Below, piece after piece: positions 1 through 12,580 of a stretch of 64,000 nucleotides of DNA. Origin of the DNA: Lama glama (taxonomy: Eukaryota); NCBI GenBank assembly GCA_028534125.1, contig CM052851.1:16554001-16618000 (forward strand), given 5' to 3'. How positions within the stretch are numbered: the stretch's first letter is position 1; the number at the start of each line of letters is the position of its first letter. The notes beneath the pieces were generated by a model that saw only the letters and a list, made by a program, of their open reading frames with translations, made no database searches and was not told the DNA's origin. A program made the translations under genes and the position numbers.

Positions 1-1345
1 TAAAGATGCCTGTGAAGAGCAGCAAAGTCAAGTCACATTTCGGAGTGTTGTCAAATGTAATTTCCCCAGAATTGGCAGCCGGACAAAGGATAGAGAAGGA
101 GGACCTCAGAAAAGGTCTTTGGAAGTGAGCTACTTTACGTTTTTATAAACTGTATGGAGGTTAGAATTTCATGCAAAATAAGAAAATAAATCTAAAAAAT
201 AATAGGATATAGTTAAATCCATATTGATTATTTAGAGAGAAAATGCTTTATGGGAGGCAGTGAAGTTTTTTAGGATCCTGAGGGAAAAATATGACTGTAA
301 AAGTGGAATAAATTACTACAGTTTAATCACTTGGTAAATAACTAAAAAACTGTTGCTGGATTTATGGTGTCAGAGAGCAACCTCCCATTAAATATAGAAC
401 GTGTTGGTGATTCAGTTGTGATGGATTTTAGAGAAATTGCACGAGAGCCATTGCTGTCTTTACAGCTTACCTTTAGTATTTCTCTTCATTATTTTCTCCT
501 GCATGTGAGTCTATTTTAAAATGCCCTGTGTTTGTAAAACCATAAATTCTCATTTAAAGGGAGTCTGTCCTCTTCTGAAACACCCACTTAAGAGCCTTAC
601 TTACCTGTGCTCCTCACACTGCTGATCATTCCCACTGAATCTGTTTATGACTCGACTTTACTTTTCTCCCTGACAGCCAGGGTTGGCCTTTCGGCTTCAC
701 GCTCACGGCTGTACTTGACTCCTAAGTGTTTCGAGGTGACAGGTATAGTTATAATTTTGTGAAAGGTGACAAAAAAGAATGGATCATCAGATATTTAACA
801 TTTTTCTGGCTTCTGCTAGCATTCTGATGGTAAAAAGCATTGATCTGAAGTAGAGAATCTGGGCTAACAAGAGGGCCTCTTGTCAAAACGATGCATCTGG
901 TAAAGTGAGATGTCTCCTGCAACAACAGGGGAAGTACCACGTTTCCATTATCCCTCTCACCAAAATACTTTGCCAAGGTCACTCTTTCCTGAGAAGTTGT
1001 GACTGTTTGAAAACCTTTTCTTAACCTTCTTATCAAAACGTATGTCTCTTTTATCTCATTTTTTATTAAATGACTAGAAAATTATGACATAGATTAAACC
1101 TCACTAAATAATAAGTAATTAATAAGTTTTAAGTATGTTTTATATTTATTGCACATATTCAGGTGTTTATATTAAAATAACAAGTATAAAGAAGTACAAA
1201 ATATTAACAACGTAATATACAGAGAAGGTAATATTCAGTTACAACATAGCAGCTTCCTCATACACATTTCAAAGTCATTTTCTCATTTTCAGTAAACTTT
1301 ACATTTTTCTCATATATGATGTTTTCTTTGCTAAATGACCTCATA

Positions 1346-1844
1346 TCAGATTGAACCACATGAGACTGCTGATATCTGATTGCACCAGTTAGGATTCCAC
1401 CCCAAGAAAAAGAACCTGTAGGAGATATAAATTGAGAAGTTTACTGTCAAAAGATGGTTTATATGATTGTGGGGGCTGGCTAGGAAAGTCGCAAATCATA
1501 GACCGGGCAACCAGGAAAGGCAGACTGGAACTCTCACTGCGCGCTGAAGCTGCTGTCCACGGGGGGTAAGTCCTCATCAGTGAAGCATCAGTCCTCTGTT
1601 AATGCCTTTCAGATGACTGAATGAGGCCCAGCCTGAATATCTAGGACAGTCTCTCTTACTTAAAGTCAGCCAGTTGTAGACTTACTCACACGTACCAAAC
1701 ATCTTCAAGCAACACCTACATTAGTGTTTGGATTACGGGGTATAGGCGGGGTGGTAGTGGCTGTAGCCTAGCCAAGTTGAAAGGACCACAACGTGGACTT
1801 TTTTTTCACTATGAGAAAAGGCAATGGAATGTGGTTTGACCTAA
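1346..1844. mobile_element. MADE2 mariner-derived MITE, split in two (1346-1380 and ~1795-1844) by an MLT2 LTR
   Basis: Left tcagattgaaccacatgagactgctgatat and right aaaaggcaatggaatgtggtttgacctaa match the two TIR halves of recalled MADE2; TA flanks at 1344-1345 and 1845-1846. Confidence 0.7.
1381..1790 (-). mobile_element. MLT2D/E-like ERVL solo LTR
   Basis: gctgaagctgctgtccac, ttacttaaagtca, gcaacacctacattagtgtttg and gcctagccaagttga match the reverse complement of the recalled MLT2D/E consensus; TG...CA ends. Confidence 0.85.
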
Positions 1845-3344
1845 TAGTTAAACACAGCTTCCCAGATTCTTCCTATATCTAGATGACTTACCTATTTTAG
1901 AACTTAGAAAATCGGTCTGAAATTACCTTGAACTCATCAGTGAGAAGACATTCAATGCCTTCTTAGGGTTTTCCAGGCTCCCTGATTCATATTACAATGC
2001 CGTTATTGTTATTACTCCACGTGGAAACCCTTCTATTATTTGAAGGTCTGCCTTTATTTATTCTTTTCTTCCAGAAATTATGACTTCATTAATTGGGCTC
2101 TCATGTTTTCTATTTCATTCACAAAAAATAATCAAACAATATCTGTTAAATATCTTACAGAAAGTCAAGATAATTTTTTTGTATATGATTTCTTTGCCCC
2201 TCAGCCTAGGAGAAGAAACAGTAAACAAAGCAATAGTTTCAATTATTTTCTAATCTTCAGCCAACCAGATACCATATTCTGTTCATATACACAGAGAAAC
2301 CCAGGATTTTTTTTTCTTTTGAAATAGGCAATATACTGACTTGACAGTACTCACAAAAAGAAATTGCAAAGCAAATCCTTGCTCTAAGTTCCAAGAGTCA
2401 GTCTTCCTGCAACAGGAGCTACATGCTGCTTCTTAACAAAGGGTGGGAGGTGGAATGTTGTACATTGCTCTTTGCACTGTCCTCAGAAACTTTGAAGACC
2501 TACCTGTGCTTTTTCTATTAAACCAGCCAAAGTACTAGCTTAGCTGGGGAGAGCTTGGTGAATGTGTCAGTACAGTCAGTGAAAAACAGCAGTTTTAAAT
2601 GTCAGAATCTTAAAACAGATGTTAGAAAAATGTCAACCCTATAAACAATTGATTGCCAGGACAGTTTTGCCTTACACACTTGAGTCAGTATGTTTTCAGC
2701 TCACTGAAGTTATGAAATTTGCAGAGAGTAAATCTGCATTATTTATGGCAAAGGACACACCTGTATTATCTTTCTTCTTCCGTGTTCCATGATAAATCAA
2801 GTCCCCTTGTACTCTGAGTCAATAGAAGCCTTATTGGCTTTCAATCATTAATTCTGACTGCAGCAATTGAGGGGAAAAAGTAGTATCTGTGGCCAGAAAG
2901 ACAAAGAGGAGTCACTTTTTCTTTCCTTTCTTTCCTGTGGCATTTGGGGCACTTAAAACTACTGGCATGATGGAACCTGTGTGGATCTAGCTGGAGATCC
3001 TAAGCTGTGGCACTGAGGTGGAAGTCTTAGCAGGGGGCAGAGAAATGAAGTTTATTGTACCCTCAGCATTTGCAGCTCCCAATAGCTGCTTCAGAACAAG
3101 GGGTTACCCATGGGGCCAGTAGAAAAATACATGACTTGACAATCCTTGGACTCAAGGCAATATGACACTATTTTCCATCCTACTGAAAGTAGTGAACTTT
3201 ACTTTCCCTAAGATGTGGACCATTTCTCTCCAGAAATGAATGGGGGCAGCAGACTAAAGGGAAACTATATTTCTTTAAGGGATGGCCCAAGAACCCGTGG
3301 ATCAGTGGCTTTCGATAATAGTAATAATATGTAATAACACTTAC

Positions 3345-3515
3345 TATTGAATTTATTGATTCTGAATCTATTTGCCAGCACCCAGTGAGAAGACTACTAT
3401 TACTAGCTGCTTTCTCCACATAAGGAAACTAAGTCTCAAGTGGGTTAAGTTATGTGCTATTAGGTGATGTATTGAGGATTTGGACTTAGGTGTAATTCTC
3501 GCCATGTTCTCTACT
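3345..3515 (-). mobile_element. MIR SINE fragment
   Basis: Core cacataaggaaactaagtctcaagtgggttaagt resembles antisense MIR core. Confidence 0.7.
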
Positions 3516-3679
3516 CTGTTGCATGAAACAAAATGAAAGTGACTTCTCCAAACCACCCCACCAGCTCAAAAGCTCTCTTTATACCAGCTATGAGAATTAT
3601 TTTAGTTCCCTTAATGTATCTCATTCTGTCTTGTACATTCTGCCATCTCTGCTTGCCTCCGGCTTTGTTGAAGTGACTA

Positions 3680-3795
3680 ACTTCCACTTTGAGCTTCTGA
3701 AAGGCACAGAGCTTTATCATTTATGTTAAATCTCCAGGGCTTAGCAGAAATGCCTAACACCTAGTAGATACTCAGGAAGGTTATTCAAAATGACG
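3680..3795 (+). mobile_element. L2 3' end
   Basis: gagcttctgaaaggcacag...gcttagcagaaatgcctaacacctagtagatactca resembles the L2 terminal motif. Confidence 0.65.
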
Positions 3796-4149
3796 TGTAT
3801 TAGCAAAACCGTAACCAAATCCTTCATTTGATAGGGGCTTTCTTCCTTGAGAATATTATATATATCTTTATATATCTTTAATTTATTAGGTATACACATC
3901 TATATCTTTTCATTGTTGTTTTATTCTGTTTGTTTTGGCCTTTTAGTGACTTTTGCTAACTGAATAAAAGGAAATTAGATAAATATATAAATTAGTTTTT
4001 TAATGATGCCGAACCATTACAAAGAACAGAACAAAGGATTTACCAAGGAATTCTCTTTCCTTTTCCATTTCAATTCCTAGCAAAGGCTTTCATGTTCTTA
4101 TCTTGGCTACTGTATTTTCTCCTTACCCCTGACCTTTCCGCTTTCTTGA

Positions 4150-4395
4150 GACTGCCACTGCTAATCCAGCATGAAGATACAGCCCTGATGAATTGGCGTG
4201 TCCAATCAGTCATCGTCACACTGTACGAACTCGGTTACCATTTATTAATCAATTCACCACTCCAATCAAAGGTGCCACTGCTGCCACCCTTGCTGCCACT
4301 GCTGGCGAGCCAGTGAAATCCTGGCCAGGGCTCCGTGGAACCTTGGAACATTTGTTAATGGTCTTTAGCCAGAAACTCTCAGTGGATTAATGCTG
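4150..4395. promoter_or_regulatory. Candidate conserved non-coding element / enhancer
   Basis: Non-repeat, CpG-retaining stretch with ATTGG 4192-4196, CCAAT 4202-4206 and 4262-4266, ATTAATCA 4244-4251, TCF-type ATCAAAG 4265-4271, TAATCC 4162-4167 and GGATTA 4384-4389. Confidence 0.4.
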
Positions 4396-5661
4396 TGCCA
4401 GGAAACATAGGAGAGCAGTGGCTGTTATATCTTAGCCCTTCCTCTGAACAGACTGTCTTGTTTTTAAATTTTTATTGCCATTGACTCTTGGAGAGAAGAT
4501 GATCGTCATAAAATTTCATAATAAATGTGAGAAAGAAGTCTATAAATATACAAATAAATGAATATATAACATAGATGAGGCAAGTCAACTTAAAACCTTC
4601 ATTGATTTAATGATATTTATGAACTACATTAAGACTTTTTTTTTCCCTATTGATTGACAAAACACCTTCATGCAATCTGGCATTTTCTTCCCAGGATTCA
4701 AAGAGTGTTCAGGTTTTAGATGTGCAATTACCATACTCAAAAGAAAGGAGTAACATCTGGAGTGAGGAAAGGGGCAATGGTGAACAAAAATAGAAACTCC
4801 TTTATTTACAAGCTGAAAGGTGGTAAAAGGAAAAATACAACATTCACACCTGGGTGTGCAAATCAATATCTATTACATTCCACTTAAAATGCTGGTGGCC
4901 CCTATGATCAGGCTGATATGAACGTGCAGGGTAACAACTCATTGCTATAGGCTTTCAGTATTTTCACGAGAGCTGTATGATGCAGGACCTAGTATCTCGG
5001 GCAAGTAAAACTTGGGTACAGTGAGGTACTTTTAATAGGATTTTACTACATATGTCAACTAATAACATACAATTTCATATCATCCAATCATCATTTCTGC
5101 TGCTGACAGAATAACTTCTGCCTTGGGAAACATATTGCTAGAATCTACTGCTGGCCTTGTGGTTAGGGACCAGTGATTGAATTGGGCTTGTGGTATAGGT
5201 AACTATAATTTATAGAAAACTAGATAAAAGTGTAAGTAATGATATTCATTTGGGACATGCATTGCTAAAGGTTGGGGGCCTCTGCCAGGAAAAGGAACTG
5301 CCAGGCTGCTTGTCTGGTTTTATTAAAAAATAGTTGTCAAACCCTAAAGGACATCTTTCCTTCCTTTTGCCAAAATAAAGCTGGATTCTTTCATGATCAG
5401 TGCTTTACTTGTGTCTCCAGAGTTGGCTGTTGTTTAATTATGCATTACCTAAATATTATCTTGACAGCATAAATAATACATAGGCAATTGGTCTAGGGTG
5501 TTTGTGAAGTCTGGAAAGGTGATATTGGTCAGTGCTTCCTAGACATGACTGAGTCGACATGGTCCAGAGCTGGACAACACAGCACTGGTTTTATTATTTA
5601 ATGAATTCTAGAATAGAAATTTCCTTCCTTCTCCCTGCTTTCTTGCCACACTCCTGACTGG

Positions 5662-5684
5662 CTATCTATCTATCTATCTATCTA
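5662..5684. repeat. (CTAT)n tetranucleotide microsatellite
   Basis: About 5.75 perfect units seen directly. Confidence 0.95.
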
Positions 5685-5799
5685 GCCTGATTGTAAGCAA
5701 ATGTTTATTGAAAAGACTTGGAAAATATAAAAATTCACATGAAGAAATTAAAATCACTCATAAACGAACTACCCAAATACAAACATTTTATATCTATCA

Positions 5800-6528
5800 C
5801 TCAACATTCATTCATTCATCAAACTAAGACTTCTACTGGACACGGGCAGTCTTCCAGGTGCTGGGAATACATCAGTGGGCAAAAATTCCTGCGCTCTTAG
5901 AAGTTACATCTTAGTGGGATGAGTAAATATACAAATAAATAAGTAAACGTGACAGTTGTTGGATATTCTCTGCTTGGATATTTCCACACTGCGGTAGGAG
6001 AATGAACTTTTAAGGACCACATCAGCCAGCCCCTCTCTCCTCTGCGTTCTGGTTGGCTGGTGAGAGATGCCAGAGTGTTTATTCCTGTTAGGCCGTGGAT
6101 GCACGGTGGCTTTGTTCCCTCACTCAGGCCATGGCACTCGTCCGGCAGCCCTCTTCTGCAGTTGCCACTTTGTTCCCAGGTTCTGATGACTACTTTCCCC
6201 TCTTACTCCTTCATTCCCAAGGATAGCATTGGCTGTCCCATTATTGCTCATTCTGAGAAGCTGTGCACTGTTTTGCTAATTTTCCTTAACTCTGTCCACA
6301 CCCTTGTAAATAGTCCCTGCATTCAGTTATTTTCAGTAACTATACTCTGTATGCCACCTTTTTCTTCCCAGGACCTTGGAAAGCTATGCTAGAGTTATAA
6401 ATGCTAAGGAGGAAAAATAAACAAGGGTTTGGGGGATTGAAATATTTGAGAAGAGTGTGGAATTTTAGATGGAGTGTCCAGGGAGGCTTGAGAGAAAGTG
6501 AGTTCTGACTGAGATTTGTGAGAACGAG
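5800..6528 (-). mobile_element. L2 fragment interrupted by an LTR (pieces ~5800-5960 and ~6385-6528)
   Basis: cattcattcattcatcaaac...ccaggtgctgggaataca; resumes with ataaatgctaaggaggaaaaataaac. Confidence 0.7.
6010..6382 (+). mobile_element. LTR33-like ERVL solo LTR
   Basis: ccacacccttgtaaatagtccctgcatt...tatgccacctttttcttcccaggacc resembles the LTR33 3' end; 5' boundary approximate. Confidence 0.65.
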
Positions 6529-6536
6529 TGTATTGT

Positions 6537-6588
6537 ACACACACACACACACACACACGGGGGAAGGAGACAGAGAGAGAGAGAGAGA
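6537..6588. repeat. Compound (AC)n / (GA)n microsatellite
   Basis: (AC)11 followed by a GA-rich run. Confidence 0.95.
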
Positions 6589-7679
6589 ACATTCTAGGCA
6601 TATACACATTAGTATCTTACAAGAATAGAATCACAGTGTTGCACATTGTGTTCCGTGACTTAGCACTGCAGGAGCAGTTCCCTGTGCCATCAAATATGCC
6701 TTTATTATTCGATGGTAATGACTATATGGAACTTCATTTTAAGGTTATAGCATATTTTACTGAATTGATCCCCTGCTTTTAGACAATTAGGTTGATTTTA
6801 CAGCTCCACTATTGTAAATGAACCCTGTTGACAGTCCTTATTTTCTGAAAGCATTTTAACCGATTTCCCAGGCCTACTGGGTCATCTTTCAGGAATCACT
6901 GTTTTGTTCTTTCATAAAATGGCAGAATGGGCTCAGTTCTGGGGGCTATTAGTCAGTCTTTGGGATACATTCATCACTGGTGTGCAAGAGGGTAATTTTG
7001 CAAATGTGGGTGGGATGTATGATTACCATATTGAACAACAAGAAGCACCATCTGCAGTAGGGAAGGAAATAACAGAGGGAGTGATAGTTCTTTCCCCTCC
7101 CTGAACTGGAAGCTGGTGTAGTGAGATGGAAGTGCAGCGTTCATAACTGCAGCCCCCTTTCACCTGAAGAGTCTTTTCCTCACCCACAAGGTCCCTATTC
7201 CTCAAGCTGATCAAGAAATGAAGACCCCCGGAAGTGCTAACAGGTTGTTTTGTTAGCTAAGCTTCTCTCTTTGGATAAACTCAAGGTAAAGATTGCATGG
7301 GGATGCAAACATGCTCATTTGATTGAGTTTGAGGACAGAAGGGTTTCACTGCTGGCTGTGTTTTGGACTCTTCAGTGAAAGATGAAAACGGTGCTTTAAT
7401 TTGCTCATTGCATTCACCTTGCTGTGCTGTCCCCCTGTTTTCAGCCAGTCTCAGAGGGCGTATGTGATCCACAGAATCAGGTTCTCACAGAAACAGTTTT
7501 GTCAAGACCCCAAATCTCCCGCCCCTAATTTTGTCCTTGGACAGATTTTACTCTGCATGGATCTATTTTTGAAAAATAAGAAGTTAAATAGTATTTTAAG
7601 AAAGTAAGCCTCTACACACATATATTCAACAGTTATTAGTTGAAATTATATTTGAATCTACTTTACTTCCTTTAAATTG

Positions 7680-7722
7680 TTCTTTCTCTCTCTCTATTCC
7701 TTTCTCTCTCTCTCTCTCTCTC
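7680..7722. repeat. (TC)n interrupted microsatellite
   Basis: Seen directly. Confidence 0.9.
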
Positions 7723-8609
7723 AGCCAGGATTCCTCTCCTTAGTGAGATTATGCAGAAAGACACCTCAAAAAGTTATTTAGAAGTCAACCCAAAGTGAAG
7801 AGACAAACTCTGGCACTTGCTCTGGCTTTTAAAAAGTTCTGTTTCCTCTTGTCTTTTTTCATATCTCAGTCACACCTCCTGAGACTCCCAATGCCAGCAT
7901 AACTATAAACACAAGCCACTAAGTTTCTCAGACACTGACACAAAATGAATGAACAGAGGCAGCCCAGCACCACTCAGACTGAAGGATCCGTCAGCATTAA
8001 GCCAGGTTTGGATCAGAAGTTTCTCTCTCTGAGGAGATTTGCTGTCTCTTTCCAACTTCGGAGTGGTTATAATGACAGCTCTGAGGTATGGAACTCAAGA
8101 AGAGTTCATGTAATCAAAGAAATCTCATATTCTCATAAGATATCTTTGCAAATATTATTCTTGCCTATTCATAAATGAAGAAACTGGAGCTCGAAGAAAC
8201 CCCAGCCTGCACAGCTCTTAAGTGTTGGAGGTAAACTATAAATCTGAAAATACGGAGCATTCACATGATGACTATCCATGTAGGTGTCGGTTACGTTGTG
8301 GTTATTCCAGAGAAAACTGAAGAATTAAACCCATCTTAAAAGTTACACAGGAAATCCAATAGGCATGTGTTAGAACCCACAATTAGTAGCGAAAAGTTTC
8401 TAGAAAGTTTCTAGATCTCTAGATTTTCCTTTTGTATACCAGAAAACTGAGGGGGAAAAAGAAAGAAAAACTTTTCTGAATATAAAGTTTACAGACTCTA
8501 TGCATAACATTGGATGTTCTATGCTTTCTATGTTTATTTCAGAGCAGCTCTTCAGAGACTAAAATAACAGACACATTCTGTCATTACACTAAATTATTGA
8601 AGTACTTTT

Positions 8610-8952
8610 AGTTCCCTGAATATTCCAATTCTTTCTTTGCTGCTGGACATTTTCACGTGCTTCCTATCTTTTGGGACCATTCCCATGCCCCCAGTTGCTC
8701 TTCCATTACACTCCCCCGTATTTATACTTACACATTTTACTTGACTAATTCGTACTCATCTTTAAATTCTTAGTTCAGGTCAACACATTTAAGTGATATA
8801 ATGGTTTACTTCTCTATATTTCCCATTAATGAAAAATACATGAAAGTAGGGATATTGTATGTTGTGTATTACTGTATCCCTAGTATCAAACACAGGGCTG
8901 GTACACACAGATGCTCAAAAAATCCTTTTGGATTCATGCAGGGATGGATGAA
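8610..8952 (+). mobile_element. L2 3' portion
   Basis: actgtatccctagtatcaaacacagggctggtacacacagatgctcaaaaaat followed by a ggat tail. Confidence 0.75.
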
Positions 8953-9124
8953 ATCATGCATGAGTGAACAAAATAAGTAGATTTATCCTCCCAGCAATTA
9001 AAGAGTTCATTTTAAACCCTTTGCTCTTAAAACTACTAATTGCTTTAAATGGTTGCTTGATACAGTTGAAGAGTCATAATTTAGAAAGCTTCAGATCCCT
9101 GTCTGTAATACCAGTAACCATGCT

Positions 9125-10078
9125 TTGGTGTTCACTCTTTAGGTTGTCCCCCATGCTCCCTCACTGAGATAATTACATAGTTATAGCCACCACACAGAAT
9201 GGAATGGACCTCCACCCAAAGTTTGGTTCAGATGTAAAGATTGATAATACCACAACACCCCAAGAAAGCATGAAAATGTTTATTACTCACATAATGAGAT
9301 TTTCTGGGGAGGCCAGTGTGGCTCCCAAGAAGGTCTGAAATGGCTTGAAGTTTTTATGGTGGTTAAGTGGTGGGGCTGGTGTGAGGGATCATGTGGTTGG
9401 CCAGAGGCTTGTGTGATTTGAACTTCCTGCCCATGTCAAATGAGGGAGCATCCAGGCTTTCTTATCAGCTTGCCCAGATATGGGGCAATAGGGAAGGAGG
9501 AAGGGATGAGGCTTAAATAGCTGTCAGCAGACAAATATTAAAAAATGGAGTTAGACTCTTTATATACACATATCCTTGTATAATCCCATTCACTTGAGTG
9601 CAGGTGGGATTTGTGACAAAGGTAATGGATGGTCTTTAAAATCACTGATTACGTTACTTTGAATGAGACTCCATCATAGTGCACTGCAGAGGCTTGATGA
9701 GGTAGGTTACCAGGTTGGAGAAGCCCACGTGACAAAGAATTGTTGGTGGCCTCTTGGAACTGCTAGTGGCCTCCACAACCTCATGGTGATATCCAGCCCA
9801 AAGCTAACAAGAAGTCAGGTCCTGAATCCTCCGGCCACAAGGAAATGAATTCTTTCAGCGACCTGAGTGTGGAGATGGATTCTTCCTCAGTCAAACCTTT
9901 AGGTGAGCCCATAGCCCAAACCAAACCTTGATTACAGCATTGGGACACGGAGCAGAGGGCTCAGCTAAGCCTTGCCCAGGCTCAAGACCCACAAAAACTG
10001 TGAGAGAATAAATGTGTGTGTTGTTCTAAGCAGCTACAACTGTGGGGATTTGTTATGTAGCAAGAGAAAACTAATATG
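9125..10078 (+). mobile_element. MLT1E/F-like MaLR solo LTR, host of a nested LTR
   Basis: tgtataatcccattcacttgagtg, ccacaaggaaatgaattct, cccacaaaaactgtgagagaataaatgtg, end ttgttatgtagcaagagaaaactaata. Confidence 0.85.
9179..9564 (-). mobile_element. ERVL-class solo LTR (LTR47-like, name tentative) nested in MLT1E
   Basis: ggctttcttatcagcttgcccagat and aaaaatggagttagactcttta; homologous to 39906-40317; possible TSD tacat/tacac. Confidence 0.8.
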
Positions 10079-10314
10079 CATTCCAACCCTATAATCTGTT
10101 ACACAGTTTCTCCAGAACTACCTTTCCAATCTATGTCATACCACTATCATGAATTCTTTCTCGCTGGTTTACTTTTCAGAATCACTCAATTTTTCCACCA
10201 CTGTGGTGGCCTGGTACATCAGGTGAATTTTTGGACTCTTCCAGGCCTTCAAGGCTGACCCGAAGTCATATAACAAGGTAAATGTTCTCTTAATAATGCC
10301 TCATAATTATTGAA

Positions 10315-10500
10315 AGCTTTTTATGGCCATCGCTTCCCAAAATATCTTTAGTCAATTACCCAACTTAATCTTCACAATAAAACTGTGAGATCCATAACAT
10401 TGTACAGATAGGGAAATGGAGATTCACAGACTTTGAGGTACTTGTGAGAAGTAACCCAGCTGGTCAACCTCAGGTTCGGAATTCAATCCTAGAGCTGTAC
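10315..10500 (-). mobile_element. MIR SINE
   Basis: aatcttcacaataaaactgtgagat...tacagatagggaaatggagattcacaga. Confidence 0.75.
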
Positions 10501-11519
10501 TTAGTACAAAAACCATTTTTCTCCTGTTGGAAGGCTTTGGCAACTTGTGTCTCTTGTTGACGTTGCATCTTTAAAATATACCTTTACAAAAGTTTTTTTT
10601 TCCAGAACCAGTTATAATTGTAATAAATCTAGACTTCTCACACTGTAAAGAATCCACTGCCATGAATAAAACACCCAAAATCAAGAACATGGGTTTTTAT
10701 TTCCTTTAAACCAGGGTCAGATTTTTTCTATCATGGTATACTAGAATTTCTCAGTCATTACTTTGGAAAAATCTACACATGTCTATCTGCTTACTTTTTA
10801 CCCAGTGACCTATTCTTATGAGAGATAGCCCATCCTGTTCAGAAAAGAAAAAGAAAAAAAAGTGAAGCAGAAACAAGCAGAAAAAAATTTTATAAGACTC
10901 ATTAAAGGAAACCATCTGGAACCAGAAAATTCGGGGGCAGATGAATGTTTTTGAAGTTCTAATGCTAACTTACACCTGATCTGAGGTCTATTTATCAGGT
11001 AGTATTAATGCAGGCAGGTGATCTAGACCTCCTTTTGAGTCTCTGGGAAGTAATACATCTCTTTGTTTACCCTTTGTATAATTAATTCCGGCCTTAATTG
11101 TATTAAGTAAGGGGTAGTGAATTTAAAATAAAAAGATTTCAATGGTTCTGGGAACATGCATTTATTTCTGTGATAAAAGAGCCGTCTCTCCCAGTCTCTA
11201 TTTGCTGCAATATTTCACTGCTTCTCATCTCCAGAAAGTCACAGAGGGTGGGATCTGGTCCCTTGGCTGAGAACAGGGCCTGAAGTGGATGCCATAGTTT
11301 GCCTAATAAAGCTTTCAGCTTAGGGCTTCCATTTTTGACCATCACCTGGAAGGTATGTATCTTTCTGTGAACTAATATCCTTTTTCTGGCCTTGGCTTGA
11401 CTTCTGTCTTGGACTCAAGGAGAATATATGGGTTTTTCTCAGTATTCCTAAAAATTGGGCACATAAAAGAAAGATGCCATTTACATCCAAATAAAAAGTA
11501 ATTATAATAATAATGCCAA

Positions 11520-11967
11520 CATAGCAGACGCCGCCTCATCCAACCTAGGCCTTAGGATCTCCTTCTGTTTGTTCATACATTCTTCTTTCCAACTCCGCTC
11601 CTCCCCTACATCTTGTCCTATTGCTCTGTCCTTTGGGTACTTCAGCGACTTTGCCTGCAGGAGTATAGAGGCAGAAGGCCTTATGGTTTTGCATCCCATC
11701 TTCCCTCACCACTTTGGCCTTGACTTTTATTCAGTGACTTGATGGTGCAGGAGAACAAAAGGTGGGGAACATGGCAAATCTGAGATGTGATTTACTGTCT
11801 AGTCTTTTCCTGCAGGATTAGGCTATAGCTGGGATTTTTCCTGAAAGTGCACCTTTGCTTGGCTCCTTCCACTTCCCTGGCCTGCATCTCTCACTCCATT
11901 CTGATTTTTTCCTGGGAGCTTACATCTTCTTTTCATGGTCTGCTACTGAAGAATCACACCTAAGACA
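11520..11967 (+). mobile_element. LTR16C-like ERVL solo LTR
   Basis: cctgaaagtgcacctttgcttggctccttccacttccctggcctgc...cctgggagc...acctaagaca matches the LTR16 3' half; 5' boundary uncertain. Confidence 0.7.
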
Positions 11968-11984
11968 ACCACTAACTTTTAATT

Positions 11985-12150
11985 AGGCACTTACTGACAT
12001 CCAGTCACATCAAATTATTTAATTCTTACACAAGTAGATGTCATAAACTCTGCACTACAGAAGAACACATTAAACAGTTTTCCCAAATAGCTCATGTGTC
12101 GCAGTCCAGATTTGAACACAGATTCACCCAACTCTTAAGACCTGCCCTCT
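11985..12150 (-). mobile_element. MIR SINE fragment
   Basis: tttaattcttacacaagtagatg...cagatttgaacacagattc. Confidence 0.55.
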
Positions 12151-12469
12151 GAACATCTGCCTCTCAGAAAAAGTCTACCATTGAGAGTCAACAGTTTTAT
12201 CACAAAATAGTAGCTGAGGAACTGATTGACCAGCCAGAATATCTGCATTCACATCACTCTTTTACTTGGTGTATAAATTTAGGCAATTTCCTTCATTTTT
12301 CTAAGGATCTGTTTCTCTTTTTAATAAAAACAAAGAAATTAATATCTGCCCTCCTTATTCTTACCTTTAAAAAATTAGGATAGGATAATATGCTGAAGGT
12401 AAGAATTACTTTGGGACTGTAAAGTAGTATTAGAGGAAAGAACGTAATCTTTAGATCTGAATTTGATGG

Positions 12470-12580
12470 GTGATTTGACAACTAAGTAGCAGTGTGGCCT
12501 TGGACAAAATATTCACCCTTGTGAGCAATGGCTGCTCCTGTAAAATGGGGATAATCATGCCTTCTTCATAAAGGTGCTAA
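12470..12580 (+). mobile_element. MIR SINE fragment
   Basis: tagcagtgtggccttggacaa...ctgtaaaatggggataatcatgcc. Confidence 0.75.

Noticed and set aside
8391-8423. Tandem AAAGTTTCTAG with three TCTAGA, resembling a heat-shock element
   Set aside because: Spacing does not give alternating nGAAn units; a simple 11-bp slippage duplication explains it
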